Shown: positions 45,215-54,354 of the stretch, piece after piece
How the letters are laid out: the number at the start of each line of letters is the position of its first letter
Numbering within the stretch: position 1 is the first letter of the stretch
Source of the DNA: Actinomycetota bacterium
Lineage (GTDB): Bacteria > Actinomycetota > Acidimicrobiia > Acidimicrobiales > Ilumatobacteraceae
Length of the DNA: 64,000 nt
Assembly: GCA_009919275.1 (NCBI GenBank)
Contig: RGCG01000003.1
Location: 5,455-69,454 of the forward strand
Direction: 5' to 3'
Made by a program: the position numbers and the translations under genes
Notes under the pieces: model-generated
Seen by the model: the letters and a program-made list of their open reading frames with translations, nothing else
Database searches by the model: none
What the model was told of the DNA's origin: nothing

Positions 45215-46732
45215 ATGGCGACACTCGGTGACCTTTCGCGTCAGCACACCACTCTCGACAAAGAGGCGGTTGGTCACCTTCAGAATCTCGTGTCGGAATG
45301 GGGCATGCTGGCCGATTTTTGTTTCGCCGATCTCCTCTTGTATCTGCCGACGAAGGACAATGAGTGGCTCGTCGCGGCTCACGTTCGTGCGGCAACGGGC
45401 CAGACCTTGTACATCGCGGACTTCGTCGGGAGCACCATCGACGGCGAACGGCGCGACATCATCGGAACGTCGTATGCAAGCGGAGAAATCGAGGAAGGTG
45501 AGATATCCGTCGACGGCATCGACGGTGCGGCAAGGATGCTCGCGATCCCCGTTCGATTCGGTGAGGGTCCGATTGCGGTGCTCACGCGTGAATGGTCGAC
45601 GCGCTCGGGCCGTCAGCCCGGCGAACTCGAGCGAACGTACCTAGAAATCTTTGGACGATTTGCCGGCATGATTCGCGGCGGCCTGTTCCCGTTTCCCGGA
45701 CGAGTTGCCGACTCGAGTATCTCACCGCGAGTCGGGGACGGCGTTCTCGTCATCGATGAAGATGCCAAGGTGCGTTACGCATCGCCCAATGCGGTATCCG
45801 CGCTCCATCGTGTTGGTATCGGTTCGAACAGCGTCGGCCAAACGCTCTCGGAACTGGGTTTCACCGACAGTGCGGTGCGTCAGGCCTTCGAACGTCGGGA
45901 GCCGGTTGTCGAAGAGTTCGACCAGACAACCGACGTCACTTTGCTCGCCAGGTGTATGCCGCTCATCGAGACCACCGACGGAGAAAATGTCACCGGGGCC
46001 GTGCTCTTGCTGCGCGACGTTTCCGAGCTCCGTCGTCGCGATCGTCTCATCCTCTCGAAGGATGCGACGATCCGTGAAATTCACCATCGCGTGAAGAACA
46101 ATCTGCAGACGATCTCCTCGTTGCTTCGGTTGCAGGCACGTCGTTTGGAGTCGTCCGAGGCGAAAGCCGCCGTCGATGAATCAGTGCGCCGTATCCGCAC
46201 GATCGCACTCGTGCATGAAACCTTGTCGAGGGAACCCGGCGACGACGTCACGTTCATCGAGATCGTTCGCCCGTTGTTGAGACTCGTCGAGGACAGTCTG
46301 CAGTCACCCGATCGACCGGTGAGTTTCGTGGTCCATGGCGACGGCGGTCGCGTTCCGGCGACGGTCGCGACACCCCTGTCGGTCGTACTCACCGAACTTC
46401 TCCAGAACGCCGTCGACCACGGGTTCCACGAGGGCGTGTCGGGAAGGGGGCGTGTTTCGGTTCAGCTCGAGCAGATTCACGGTGAGGGTGATGCGGAACG
46501 TGCCCTGTGCGTGAGGGTCATCGACAACGGATCCGGGCTCGCCCCGGACTTCGACATTGCTAATGCATCGGGACTGGGACTGTCGATCGTGCGCACCTTG
46601 GTGACGACCGAACTGGGGGGAACGATCGCCATGCGGCGAGCGACCGCCGCTGATTCCCCGGAGGCCGAGCACGCGGGCGACGAAGGCCCCGGCACCGTGA
46701 TCGAACTCACTGTCCCACTCGGGGGAAGCTGA
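45215..46732 (+). CDS. pdtaS: PdtaS-type soluble sensor histidine kinase (GAF-PAS-HisKA_2-HATPase)
   Basis: The H-box is EIHHRVKNNLQTISSLLRLQ, followed by the N-box LTELLQNAVDHG and the G-box DNGSGL...GLGLSIV. The ATG at 45215 is in the frame of the 45152 ORF. Confidence 0.8.
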   Translation: MATLGDLSRQHTTLDKEAVGHLQNLVSEWGMLADFCFADLLLYLPTKDNEWLVAAHVRAATGQTLYIADFVGSTIDGERRDIIGTSYASGEIEEGEISVDGIDGAARMLAIPVRFGEGPIAVLTREWSTRSGRQPGELERTYLEIFGRFAGMIRGGLFPFPGRVADSSISPRVGDGVLVIDEDAKVRYASPNAVSALHRVGIGSNSVGQTLSELGFTDSAVRQAFERREPVVEEFDQTTDVTLLARCMPLIETTDGENVTGAVLLLRDVSELRRRDRLILSKDATIREIHHRVKNNLQTISSLLRLQARRLESSEAKAAVDESVRRIRTIALVHETLSREPGDDVTFIEIVRPLLRLVEDSLQSPDRPVSFVVHGDGGRVPATVATPLSVVLTELLQNAVDHGFHEGVSGRGRVSVQLEQIHGEGDAERALCVRVIDNGSGLAPDFDIANASGLGLSIVRTLVTTELGGTIAMRRATAADSPEAEHAGDEGPGTVIELTVPLGGS

Positions 46733-46755
46733 CCGCCCGCGAGCCGAGGTTTGCG

Positions 46756-47058
46756 TTAGCTGACGTTTGACGCGGCGCGGTGACGGGCAGCCATCTGCCG
46801 ACGCATCGCGCGACGCTCGTCTTCCGACGTGCCTCCCCAGACGCCCGAGTCCTGATTGGTGTCGATGGCGAACTGGAGGCATTCGATCCTGACCGTGCAC
46901 TGGTTGCAGGTTTCCTTCGCCTTGCTCAGTTGCAAGAGGGCTTGTCCGGTGGAGCCGACCGGGAAGAACAGTTCGGGGTCGGTGTCTCGGCACACTGCGT
47001 GCTGGCGCCACGAATAATCGGCCGCGCCAAGGGCGAGACTTGAAGCGAGGATCGTCAC
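46756..47058 (-). CDS. whiB: WhiB-family Fe-S redox-sensing transcription factor
   Basis: The four Cys pattern is AVCRD...ETCNQCTVRIEC, with GVWGGTSEDERR. The GTG at 47056-47058 is preceded by AGGAGA. The ORF track's upstream ATG at 47094 is the alternative start. Confidence 0.85.
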   Translation of the reverse strand: MTILASSLALGAADYSWRQHAVCRDTDPELFFPVGSTGQALLQLSKAKETCNQCTVRIECLQFAIDTNQDSGVWGGTSEDERRAMRRQMAARHRAASNVS

Positions 47059-47179
47059 TTCATCTCCTGGGGGGTCAGGGCGGAGGGCCGCCAAATCGGT
47101 TACTGAGAGGTGACGTGGAGACGAACGCCCGAAGAGCCGTCCGCCACGGCGTCGGTGAAACTACGCCCTCGGATGGCCG

Positions 47180-47977
47180 ATGACAAGGGCTACGGTGACA
47201 TTTGTGAGTGTCAACCCCGGTTCTTCCGCGGCGCCACCCAGGATCCCCTCGGGGCCGGGGCGGGGATGTGCGGTCATGGCCCACCGGGGGGCCTCTCGGG
47301 CGGAACGCGAGAACACCATCGCAGCGTTCACGCGGGCCGCCACGATGGGTGCCCACGCCGTCGAGCTCGATGTCCGACGCACCGCTGAAAATCTTCTGGT
47401 AGTGCACCATGACCCCCTCTTGGCCGATGGTCGCGCGATTGTGCGAACTTCACGCGTGCAACTTCCCTCCGAGGTACCGACTCTCGACGAGGCGCTCGAC
47501 GCCTGCGGCGGTATGTGGGTGAACGTCGAGATCAAGAACGACGAATCTGAGCCCGACTTCGACCCGAACGACGACATCGCCGTCACGGTTGCTGATGCGC
47601 TCGGGGCCCGCAACGAGAAGGGTCGGTTTCTCGTGTCGTCGTTCCGGCGGCGGACAATCGACAGATTCCACGCCGCATCACCCGCAACCGCAACCGCATG
47701 GCTGACTCCGGGTATCGCACCCGATGACATCGCCGCGGCTCTCGATGCGCTGTCTGCCGATGGGCATCGGGCGGTGCATCCGTGGTTCGGGCTCGTGACG
47801 GAAGAACTCGTGCACGCCGCACACGCGCGCGGCCTGATGGTCAATGTCTGGACATGCGACGATCCGGCCAAGATGTCCGAACTCGCCGGAATTGGGGTCG
47901 ACGGAATTTGTACGAACGTTCCCGACGTGGCGTTGGCAACTCTTGTCGGGAAAGTGGTCAGGAACGTGGTGAGTTAG
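47180..47977 (+). CDS. Glycerophosphodiester phosphodiesterase (GDPD family)
   Basis: AHRGAS, ENT, VELDVRRT and HHD are present. The start is uncertain, somewhere between 47180 and 47276. Confidence 0.75.
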   Translation: MTRATVTFVSVNPGSSAAPPRIPSGPGRGCAVMAHRGASRAERENTIAAFTRAATMGAHAVELDVRRTAENLLVVHHDPLLADGRAIVRTSRVQLPSEVPTLDEALDACGGMWVNVEIKNDESEPDFDPNDDIAVTVADALGARNEKGRFLVSSFRRRTIDRFHAASPATATAWLTPGIAPDDIAAALDALSADGHRAVHPWFGLVTEELVHAAHARGLMVNVWTCDDPAKMSELAGIGVDGICTNVPDVALATLVGKVVRNVVS

Positions 47978-48881
47978 GCATGACCAACTGCACGGCGTTG
48001 GGCACGTGCGTGAAGCGAAGCTCGGTGGTTTCGCCGAGGTAGTCACCGTCGAGTTGGTACGGGAAGGGTCGGTCGTAGTCGACCGAAAGGGCCGAAACGT
48101 TGTCGCGAACGACAAGGTGTTTGTTGTCGTGAACGCCGCCGCGAAGGATCGCACGTCCGAGAGAACCGAGGAGTCCGACAGCGCCGAGTGAAGTGAACGT
48201 GATGACGGAGAGACCCGCGTCGAGGTTTGCGGTCGGCGACAGGTTCAGCGGCTTCTTGCCGAGGAACGTGTAGGGGTTGGTGTTCATGACGATGGTGAAG
48301 TACCCGGGGATCGGTGCCGTTTCGCCGACGCGGACGTTGAAGTGCGGTCGCTTGCGGCCGTAGCCGAACGCCCACGTCTGTAGGGCAGCGCCGACAAAGA
48401 GTGGATGTCCGAGATAGCGCTTTAGTGCGGCTCGTCGTTCGACGAGTCGCACCACAGCGGCGTCGTAGCCAACGCCGGTATGGAAGCAGAAGTAGCGACC
48501 GTTGCAGTTCCCCAAACCGATCGGGCGGATGGCCGAATCGTCGAGTGCCGTGCACAGTTGCTTGACGGCGGCCGCAGGGTCGTTCGGCATTCCGAGCGTG
48601 CGGGCAAACACGTTGGTGGACCCACCGGGCAGCACCGCAAGGGCGGTATTCGATCCGGCGACGCCGGTGGCCACCTCGTTCAGGGTGCCGTCGCCGCCGA
48701 AAGCAACGACGGCGTCGAGGCCGCGCCGCGCCGCGTCCTGGGCGAAGCGCGTGGCATGTCCGCGGCGGTTCGTCTCGACGACCTGGACATCGTGTCGACG
48801 GGCCAACTGTTGGTGGACCACGACGGTATTCCGGGCTGTGACGGATGACGCAAACGAGTTGACGACCAGAAGCAGTCTCAC
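47958..48881 (-). CDS. Diacylglycerol kinase-family lipid kinase (DagK/YegS-like)
   Basis: VNSFASS, AFGGDGTLNEV and LPGGSTNVFAR are present. The length is 307 aa. Confidence 0.8.
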   Translation of the reverse strand: MRLLLVVNSFASSVTARNTVVVHQQLARRHDVQVVETNRRGHATRFAQDAARRGLDAVVAFGGDGTLNEVATGVAGSNTALAVLPGGSTNVFARTLGMPNDPAAAVKQLCTALDDSAIRPIGLGNCNGRYFCFHTGVGYDAAVVRLVERRAALKRYLGHPLFVGAALQTWAFGYGRKRPHFNVRVGETAPIPGYFTIVMNTNPYTFLGKKPLNLSPTANLDAGLSVITFTSLGAVGLLGSLGRAILRGGVHDNKHLVVRDNVSALSVDYDRPFPYQLDGDYLGETTELRFTHVPNAVQLVMPNSPRS

Positions 48882-48953
48882 GACGAATTCACGCTACCAG
48901 CGGTCGTTCTCGGTTAGGTGCAAACCCAACCCGGCGGTAACAATGGAGGTCCT

Positions 48954-49730
48954 ATGAACGTGATCGTCTGTGTGAAGCAGATTCCGGATCCCGCCACGCC
49001 GGGTGCGCTTGATGGCGCAACCAACACCCTGAAGCGTGACGGCAAACTCATCCTCGACGACTCCGATGCCTACGGCGTCGAGATGGCCCTGCAGCTGGTC
49101 GCAGCCGCCGGCGGCGGTGAGGTCAGCCTCGTGTCGATGGCGCCGAACGGTGAAACCGCCGGAATGCGCACCGCACTCGCAATGGGTGCGGCAAAGGGAG
49201 TACTTGTGTCCGACCCCGCACTGCAGGGAAGCGACGCTTTGACCACGGCGAAGGTTCTTGCCGCGGCGGTCAAGAAGTTGGGTGGTGCAGATCTCGTCAT
49301 CGCAGCCACCGAATCTTCCGATGGATACACCGGTACGGTCCCCGAGCAGATGGCAGAGGTTCTCGGACTTCCGTCGGTGACTTTTGCCAAGAAGGTCGCC
49401 GTCGACGGAGGAACCTTGAAGGTCGATCGCCAGACCGAGTCCGGCTACGACGAAGTCGAGTGTCCGCTTCCGGCGCTCATCAGCGTGACGGCCGGAGTTG
49501 TCGAGCCGCGCTACCCCAGCTTCAAGGGCATCATGGCCGCGAAGAGCAAGCCGGTCGACACGGTCACGGCCGCCGATCTTGGTGTGACACCGGCTGGTTG
49601 GGCCGGTGCGGGTCAGAAGATTTCGAATGTCGCGCAGGCCGAAGCGCGTCAAGCCGGTGAAGTCATCGAAGACGACGGCGAATCGTTCGGCAAGATTGTC
49701 GCATTCCTCGAAAACCTGAAAGTGATCTGA
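48954..49730 (+). CDS. etfB: Electron transfer flavoprotein beta subunit
   Basis: MNVIVCVKQIPD... is a typical EtfB N-terminus. GGAGG lies 5 nt upstream of the ATG at 48954. Confidence 0.9.
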   Translation: MNVIVCVKQIPDPATPGALDGATNTLKRDGKLILDDSDAYGVEMALQLVAAAGGGEVSLVSMAPNGETAGMRTALAMGAAKGVLVSDPALQGSDALTTAKVLAAAVKKLGGADLVIAATESSDGYTGTVPEQMAEVLGLPSVTFAKKVAVDGGTLKVDRQTESGYDEVECPLPALISVTAGVVEPRYPSFKGIMAAKSKPVDTVTAADLGVTPAGWAGAGQKISNVAQAEARQAGEVIEDDGESFGKIVAFLENLKVI

Positions 49731-49740
49731 GGTCAACAAC

Positions 49741-50706
49741 ATGTCTGTCAACAGTGTTTGGGTATTCGCCCAAGTCGTCAACGGTGCGCCAACCTCGGCA
49801 ACCCTCGAACTGCTCACCAAGGCTCGTTCGCTTTCGTCGAACGTCGCTGTCTTCCTTGGTGACGATGCTTCGTCCGTCGCGTCGGCGCTGGGCGAGTTCG
49901 GTGCAACCAAGGTGTACGCAACAGGAAACCTCGGTGGCAAGTTGCCCGGTGTCGCGGTTGCATCTGCGATGAAAGCGATCATCGATGGCGGCGACAAGCC
50001 CGACCTTGTTCTCTTCCCGCAGAACTACGAAGGTCGTGACGTCATGTCACGTCTGTCGGTGAAGCTCGACAAAACCGTCCTCACCAACAGCATCGACGTC
50101 AGCGTCGATGGCGGTGCGGTCAGCGCGACAACCCCGATCTTCGGTGGCAACACTCTCGTCACGACCACGTTCACCGGCGAAGGCCCGTACCTTGTGGCGT
50201 TCCGACCGAAGAGTTTCGCGGCCGAGTCCGCGGGCGGCGCCGCCGCCGAAGTCGTCAGTGTCTCGGTTCCCGACCTCGGTGCCACTGGCGCCGCGAAGGT
50301 CACCGCGGTTCACGTCGAAGAGACCACGGGTCCGAAACTCGACGAGGCCGACATCGTTGTGTCGGGTGGTCGTGGGCTCGGCGAAGCCGACAAGTATTCG
50401 ATGGTCGAAGAACTGGCGAAGTTGCTGAAGGGTGCACCCGGTGCATCGCGCGCGATCGTCGATGCCGGCTGGGTTCCGTACTCGTACCAAGTCGGTCAGA
50501 CCGGCAAGGTTGTGAAGCCGAGTGTCTACATCGCCGCCGGAATCTCCGGCGCGACGCAGCACATGGTCGGCATGAAGGGCTCGAAGAACATCATCGCCGT
50601 CAACAAGGACAAGGAAGCGCCGATCTTCGGTATCGCAGATCTCGGCATCGTTGGCGACGTGCACAAGGTTCTGCCGAAGCTGATCGAAGCCCTGAAGGGT
50701 CGCTGA
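49741..50706 (+). CDS. etfA: Electron transfer flavoprotein alpha subunit
   Basis: The C-terminal FAD-binding region is VVSGGRGLG...[41 protein letters not shown]. Confidence 0.9.
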   Translation: MSVNSVWVFAQVVNGAPTSATLELLTKARSLSSNVAVFLGDDASSVASALGEFGATKVYATGNLGGKLPGVAVASAMKAIIDGGDKPDLVLFPQNYEGRDVMSRLSVKLDKTVLTNSIDVSVDGGAVSATTPIFGGNTLVTTTFTGEGPYLVAFRPKSFAAESAGGAAAEVVSVSVPDLGATGAAKVTAVHVEETTGPKLDEADIVVSGGRGLGEADKYSMVEELAKLLKGAPGASRAIVDAGWVPYSYQVGQTGKVVKPSVYIAAGISGATQHMVGMKGSKNIIAVNKDKEAPIFGIADLGIVGDVHKVLPKLIEALKGR

Positions 50707-50724
50707 CCAGGTCATTCACGACAC

Positions 50725-50782
50725 GTCGCGGGCGGTAAACGCCCACGCCGAACTTATTGGTCGCGGGCGGTAAACGCCCACG
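50725..50782. repeat. Direct duplication (period 35 nt) of a 23-nt hairpin-forming element between convergent genes
   Basis: gtcgcgggcggtaaacgcccacg occurs at 50725-50747 and at 50760-50782. Each copy can form a GGGCG-gtaaa-CGCCC stem-loop. Copy 2 lies inside the last codons of the minus-strand gene. Confidence 0.85.
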
Positions 50783-51731
50783 ACATGTCATTAAACGGGT
50801 CCCAGATGGCGAGTTGGAGCTGCCATCCGAGGGTTGGCTCGTTCGTGCTCCATGTGAACCATTGGAGTTCTTCCATTTCTGCGCGCAGGGTGCCCTGCGG
50901 TAGCGGCCATTCATCCAGAGCGTCGGCCATGGCCGTGGCAAACCACCACGCGCTGAATCTGCCCTGAGATCCACCGCGCCGACGACCGTGCGCGCCGCCG
51001 GACGCGCCCGCCCACGCAACGAGGGACATGACCTGTGAGGGTTCGAGTGGGGAGATGAAGGCGCGGGTGAGGCCGAGTGCACCAAGGCTTGATTCGACAC
51101 CACCGGACACCGCAGCGAATGACACGCGTCCGTTCGACTGTGTCGTCCACGCCTCGAAGATCGCACGGACTGCGGCCTCGATGTCGTGATCGTCATCGTT
51201 CGTGGCCGACCGACAGATGATTTCGGTCGACGGTGCAACGTTGAGTTGCGGAGTAGGGGCACTGACGCCGTTGTCGTCGTAGATCGGCGCCTCGTAGACG
51301 GGTTCCCAAGGCGCGGGAGTGATTGGTATCTCGAGGACCGAACGCAGAACGGCGTCATTCGCGATGTCTTCACCTCGCAGTGCGCGTTCGTACGCAACGA
51401 AACCCCGCAACGGTGCATCGTCAATGTGGGCGGAGAGTTCCGCCCAGGTGTGGTTCTGTGCGATCACCTCGGTGAGCGGGCCGATGCTGAACGTGCTGGT
51501 GGGGTGCTGCAGCGATGCCGAGGCGATGTCAGCGGGACCATGGAGGGTGAGTCGGTAGTTGGCAAGAGTGGCGCACGGCCATGTCTGGCGACCCGTGCGC
51601 ACCGCTGCTGCAGCCTTGTCGCGCAGGGACGCCAGGCGCACCCACGCACGTTCGGAGCACAGGTCGTCGATGCGTCGAACGATTTCATCGAGGTCGGCGC
51701 GATCCACAAGCGCGTCGAGATCGGTGTCCAT
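50754..51731 (-). CDS. Hypothetical protein (325 aa), no family recognised
   Basis: This is a long ORF with a coding-like composition and a plausible ATG start. Confidence 0.55.
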   Translation of the reverse strand: MDTDLDALVDRADLDEIVRRIDDLCSERAWVRLASLRDKAAAAVRTGRQTWPCATLANYRLTLHGPADIASASLQHPTSTFSIGPLTEVIAQNHTWAELSAHIDDAPLRGFVAYERALRGEDIANDAVLRSVLEIPITPAPWEPVYEAPIYDDNGVSAPTPQLNVAPSTEIICRSATNDDDHDIEAAVRAIFEAWTTQSNGRVSFAAVSGGVESSLGALGLTRAFISPLEPSQVMSLVAWAGASGGAHGRRRGGSQGRFSAWWFATAMADALDEWPLPQGTLRAEMEELQWFTWSTNEPTLGWQLQLAIWDPFNDMSWAFTARDQ

Positions 51732-51750
51732 GGGGGCAGGTTAGGTCGGC

Positions 51751-52470
51751 TCAGACGAGTGGCCAGGGGACCCTGCGACCCGACGGGTCATAGGGAAGGA
51801 CGCCGGCCTCGAGCAACCATCGGGCGCGTTGGCTGATGGCCTGCACCTCGTCGTCGTCGAGCAGTGCGGCGACACGCAACGGGACCTGCGAGGCGATCTG
51901 CTCGAGAGCCATCTTGTGGTGCGGTGTGAGGTTTTCCGTGGCGAAATCCCAGATGACGGTGCGCAACTTGAAGTCCGAGGAAAAACAGACACCGTGGTCG
52001 ATGCCCCAGACATGGTCGTTCGCATCGACGAGGACGTGACCGCCCTTGCGGTCGGTGTTGTTTGCCACGATGTCGAAGACGGCCATCGTCTTCAACTGGT
52101 CGTGCAATTCGTCGCGGCTTTCGAACATCGTGAAGTAGTGCACGTTCGGGTCGGCCTCGATGAACCACTGCAGCGAACCCTCACCCATCGGGCCTTCCCG
52201 CATGATCGTGGGAGGCACATTGTCGAAACCCATGGCTTCGGACAACTCGAATGCCGCAACCTCGCGACGGTGCAGCCCGGGCTCGAAGTCCCACAACGGA
52301 CGTTCGCCGCGCAACGGTTTGTAGATCGCCTGCGTACTGCCCGATCCGTCGGTGACCTTCACCAGGAAGGTCGCATTGCTGCTCCACGGCATTCGCCCGA
52401 TGACTTCGATGTCACCCCCCGCGAGGAGCGCCAGCGGGTCGTCGTGGTCGACTAGTTCATTCGCGGACAT
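51751..52470 (-). CDS. SCO1664-family protein (PI3/4-kinase-like fold)
   Basis: IYKPLRGERPLWDF, FDIVANNTDRKGGHVL and WGIDHGVCF (kinase-like catalytic/activation motifs) are present. I chose the internal ATG at 52468-52470 (MSANELV). Confidence 0.7.
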   Translation of the reverse strand: MSANELVDHDDPLALLAGGDIEVIGRMPWSSNATFLVKVTDGSGSTQAIYKPLRGERPLWDFEPGLHRREVAAFELSEAMGFDNVPPTIMREGPMGEGSLQWFIEADPNVHYFTMFESRDELHDQLKTMAVFDIVANNTDRKGGHVLVDANDHVWGIDHGVCFSSDFKLRTVIWDFATENLTPHHKMALEQIASQVPLRVAALLDDDEVQAISQRARWLLEAGVLPYDPSGRRVPWPLV

Positions 52471-52970
52471 GGATGGCCGTCGGGATCGATGGGAAAACCA
52501 CACCAACGACAGTTCGGCCGACCCGCCGCAACCACTTCGTCGGCGTGGTCGCAAAAGGCGAGAGCCTGTCCACGGGTGATGAGACCACGTACGCGACCGG
52601 CGACAACGTCGGGGTCGGGTTCGCCGTTTTCGTCGATCGGCACCATTTCGTCGAGTTGAATCACGACACGGTCGAGTTCTCGGTCATAGGCGACACCGAT
52701 GGGCCCGACGACGAAGTCGAAGGACTCGCTGTCGGTGTTCGACAGCGGGATGATGTCGAGCGCGTCGGGCAGTGGCACGTCACCGTCGGGAAGATCTGCG
52801 AGGAGGTCGCGGACGAAGTGCGCGATGGCGGCTACCTGCTGCTTTTCGCACTTCAGCGTGATGACTTCGCCCTCGCCGCGGAGCTGGATGAGAAAGATGC
52901 GCTGACCGGGGCGACCGAGCGCCGCCGTGGTGAAGGCGTCGGGGGTGTCGAAGTCGCGGTACGTGGTCAT
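52452..52970 (-). CDS. DUF3090-family protein
   Basis: FTTAALGRPGQRIFLIQ...LKCEKQQV and the C-terminal CRWCGFPIDPDGHPCPR Cys motif are present. The length is 172 aa. Confidence 0.7.
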   Translation of the reverse strand: MTTYRDFDTPDAFTTAALGRPGQRIFLIQLRGEGEVITLKCEKQQVAAIAHFVRDLLADLPDGDVPLPDALDIIPLSNTDSESFDFVVGPIGVAYDRELDRVVIQLDEMVPIDENGEPDPDVVAGRVRGLITRGQALAFCDHADEVVAAGRPNCRWCGFPIDPDGHPCPRMN

Positions 52971-52979
52971 CGGTGCGGG

Positions 52980-53630
52980 TCAGGACGGGCGCAGATCGGC
53001 GAGCGATCCGCCGGTCGAGTTGACGGTGAGAACGATCGGCGAGCCCGTGCCGTACGCAAGCGCGCTCACCGAGCACGTACTGACGACGATGCGCTGAAAC
53101 AAGTCGAGATGCGTCCCCATCGCATGGGCCAGTGCGGCTTTGATGGGATCGGCGTGGGAGAAGCACGCGACGACGCCACCCGGGTGGCGCAGCCTGATGG
53201 AGTCGAGTGCAGAGGTGATGCGCACCTGCATCTCGGTGAACGACTCACCGTTCGGAAAGCGAAATGTGCTGGGTGCGCGTTGAACGGTTGCCCATTCGGG
53301 TTTCTTCATGAGGTCGGCCAACTTCGCTCCGGTCCAATCCCCGAAGTCGCACTCGACGAGACCCTTGTCGATGATGACGCGCTGACGGAGTTTTTTCGCC
53401 AACGGCGCCGCGGTTTCGCGTGTGCGCTCGAGGGGAGACGCGTAAATCGCATCGATCTTGGGAAACGTCGCGAGCCGCTCGGCAACCTCGGTGGCTTGTT
53501 CGCGTCCCGTGTCGCTGAGGTGCAGCCCCTTGGCGCGACCCGGCAACGACTGACCAGTCGTTGGGGTCTGACCGTGGCGAACCAGAAGAATTGTCGTTGC
53601 GGTGGGGTGTGCCGCGCGCTTGCGAGCCAT
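52980..53630 (-). CDS. Histidine phosphatase (phosphoglycerate-mutase-like) family protein
   Basis: LLVRHGQT (RHG), SPLERTRETA and SHADPIKA are present. I chose the internal ATG at 53628-53630. Confidence 0.75.
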   Translation of the reverse strand: MARKRAAHPTATTILLVRHGQTPTTGQSLPGRAKGLHLSDTGREQATEVAERLATFPKIDAIYASPLERTRETAAPLAKKLRQRVIIDKGLVECDFGDWTGAKLADLMKKPEWATVQRAPSTFRFPNGESFTEMQVRITSALDSIRLRHPGGVVACFSHADPIKAALAHAMGTHLDLFQRIVVSTCSVSALAYGTGSPIVLTVNSTGGSLADLRPS

Positions 53631-53663
53631 CAGTTCCGAAAATACCCGCTCGGGGCCTACCGT

Positions 53664-54344
53664 GTGCACGTGGGCGCGCGGAAATCCGATGGCTTGTCTC
53701 GTCTCGCGACGGATGTTCACGAATGCACGGCGTGTCCACGACTCGTCGAGTGGCGGGAACGTGTCGCACGAGAAAAACGGGCCGCGTTCCGCGACGACCA
53801 GTACTGGGGTCGCGGTGTATCGGGCTTCGGGGACCCCGCGGCTCGGCTGTTGGTTCTCGGACTCGCGCCTGCGGCACACGGAGCGAACCGCACGGGTCGG
53901 GTGTTCACCGGCGACCGCAGTGCGGACTGGCTCTACCGCGCGATGCACAAAGCAAGGTTCGCCAATCAACCCTCGTCCACACATCGTGACGACGGGCTCA
54001 CACTCGACGGAGCATGGGTGACCGTTGCCGTGAAGTGTGCACCGCCGGGCAACGCACCACTGCCAGAAGAGCGCATGGCCTGTCGGCCGTTTCTCGAACG
54101 TGAAATCGCACTTCTCGCCGATTTGCGCGTTGTCGTGTGTCTGGGCAATTTTGCCTACCAGGCTGCGACCGATTTTTTCGCCGTGAAGCCGCGACCGAAG
54201 TTCGGTCACGGCGTCGAAGTGCCTGCCGGAAACGTAACGTTGCTCTGCTCGTTCCACCCGAGCCAGCAGAACACTTTCACCGGCAAATTGACCGAGCCGA
54301 TGATCGATGCGGTCTTTGCGCGGGCTCGTGCGCTGTGCGGCTAG
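53664..54344 (+). CDS. Uracil-DNA glycosylase, family 5 (UdgB-like)
   Basis: ECTACPRL, GLAPAAHGANRTGRVFTGD and SFHPSQQN are present. The start is GTG at 53664 or at 53670. Confidence 0.75.
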   Translation: MHVGARKSDGLSRLATDVHECTACPRLVEWRERVAREKRAAFRDDQYWGRGVSGFGDPAARLLVLGLAPAAHGANRTGRVFTGDRSADWLYRAMHKARFANQPSSTHRDDGLTLDGAWVTVAVKCAPPGNAPLPEERMACRPFLEREIALLADLRVVVCLGNFAYQAATDFFAVKPRPKFGHGVEVPAGNVTLLCSFHPSQQNTFTGKLTEPMIDAVFARARALCG

Positions 54345-54354
54345 CGCGCTGTGT

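Noticed and set aside
52473-53660. The N-terminal two-thirds of the 623-aa plus-strand ORF 52473-54344.
   Set aside because: This part is antisense to the DUF3090 and histidine phosphatase genes and has no motifs. Only the last ~226 codons (from GTG at 53664) show uracil-DNA glycosylase family 5 motifs.
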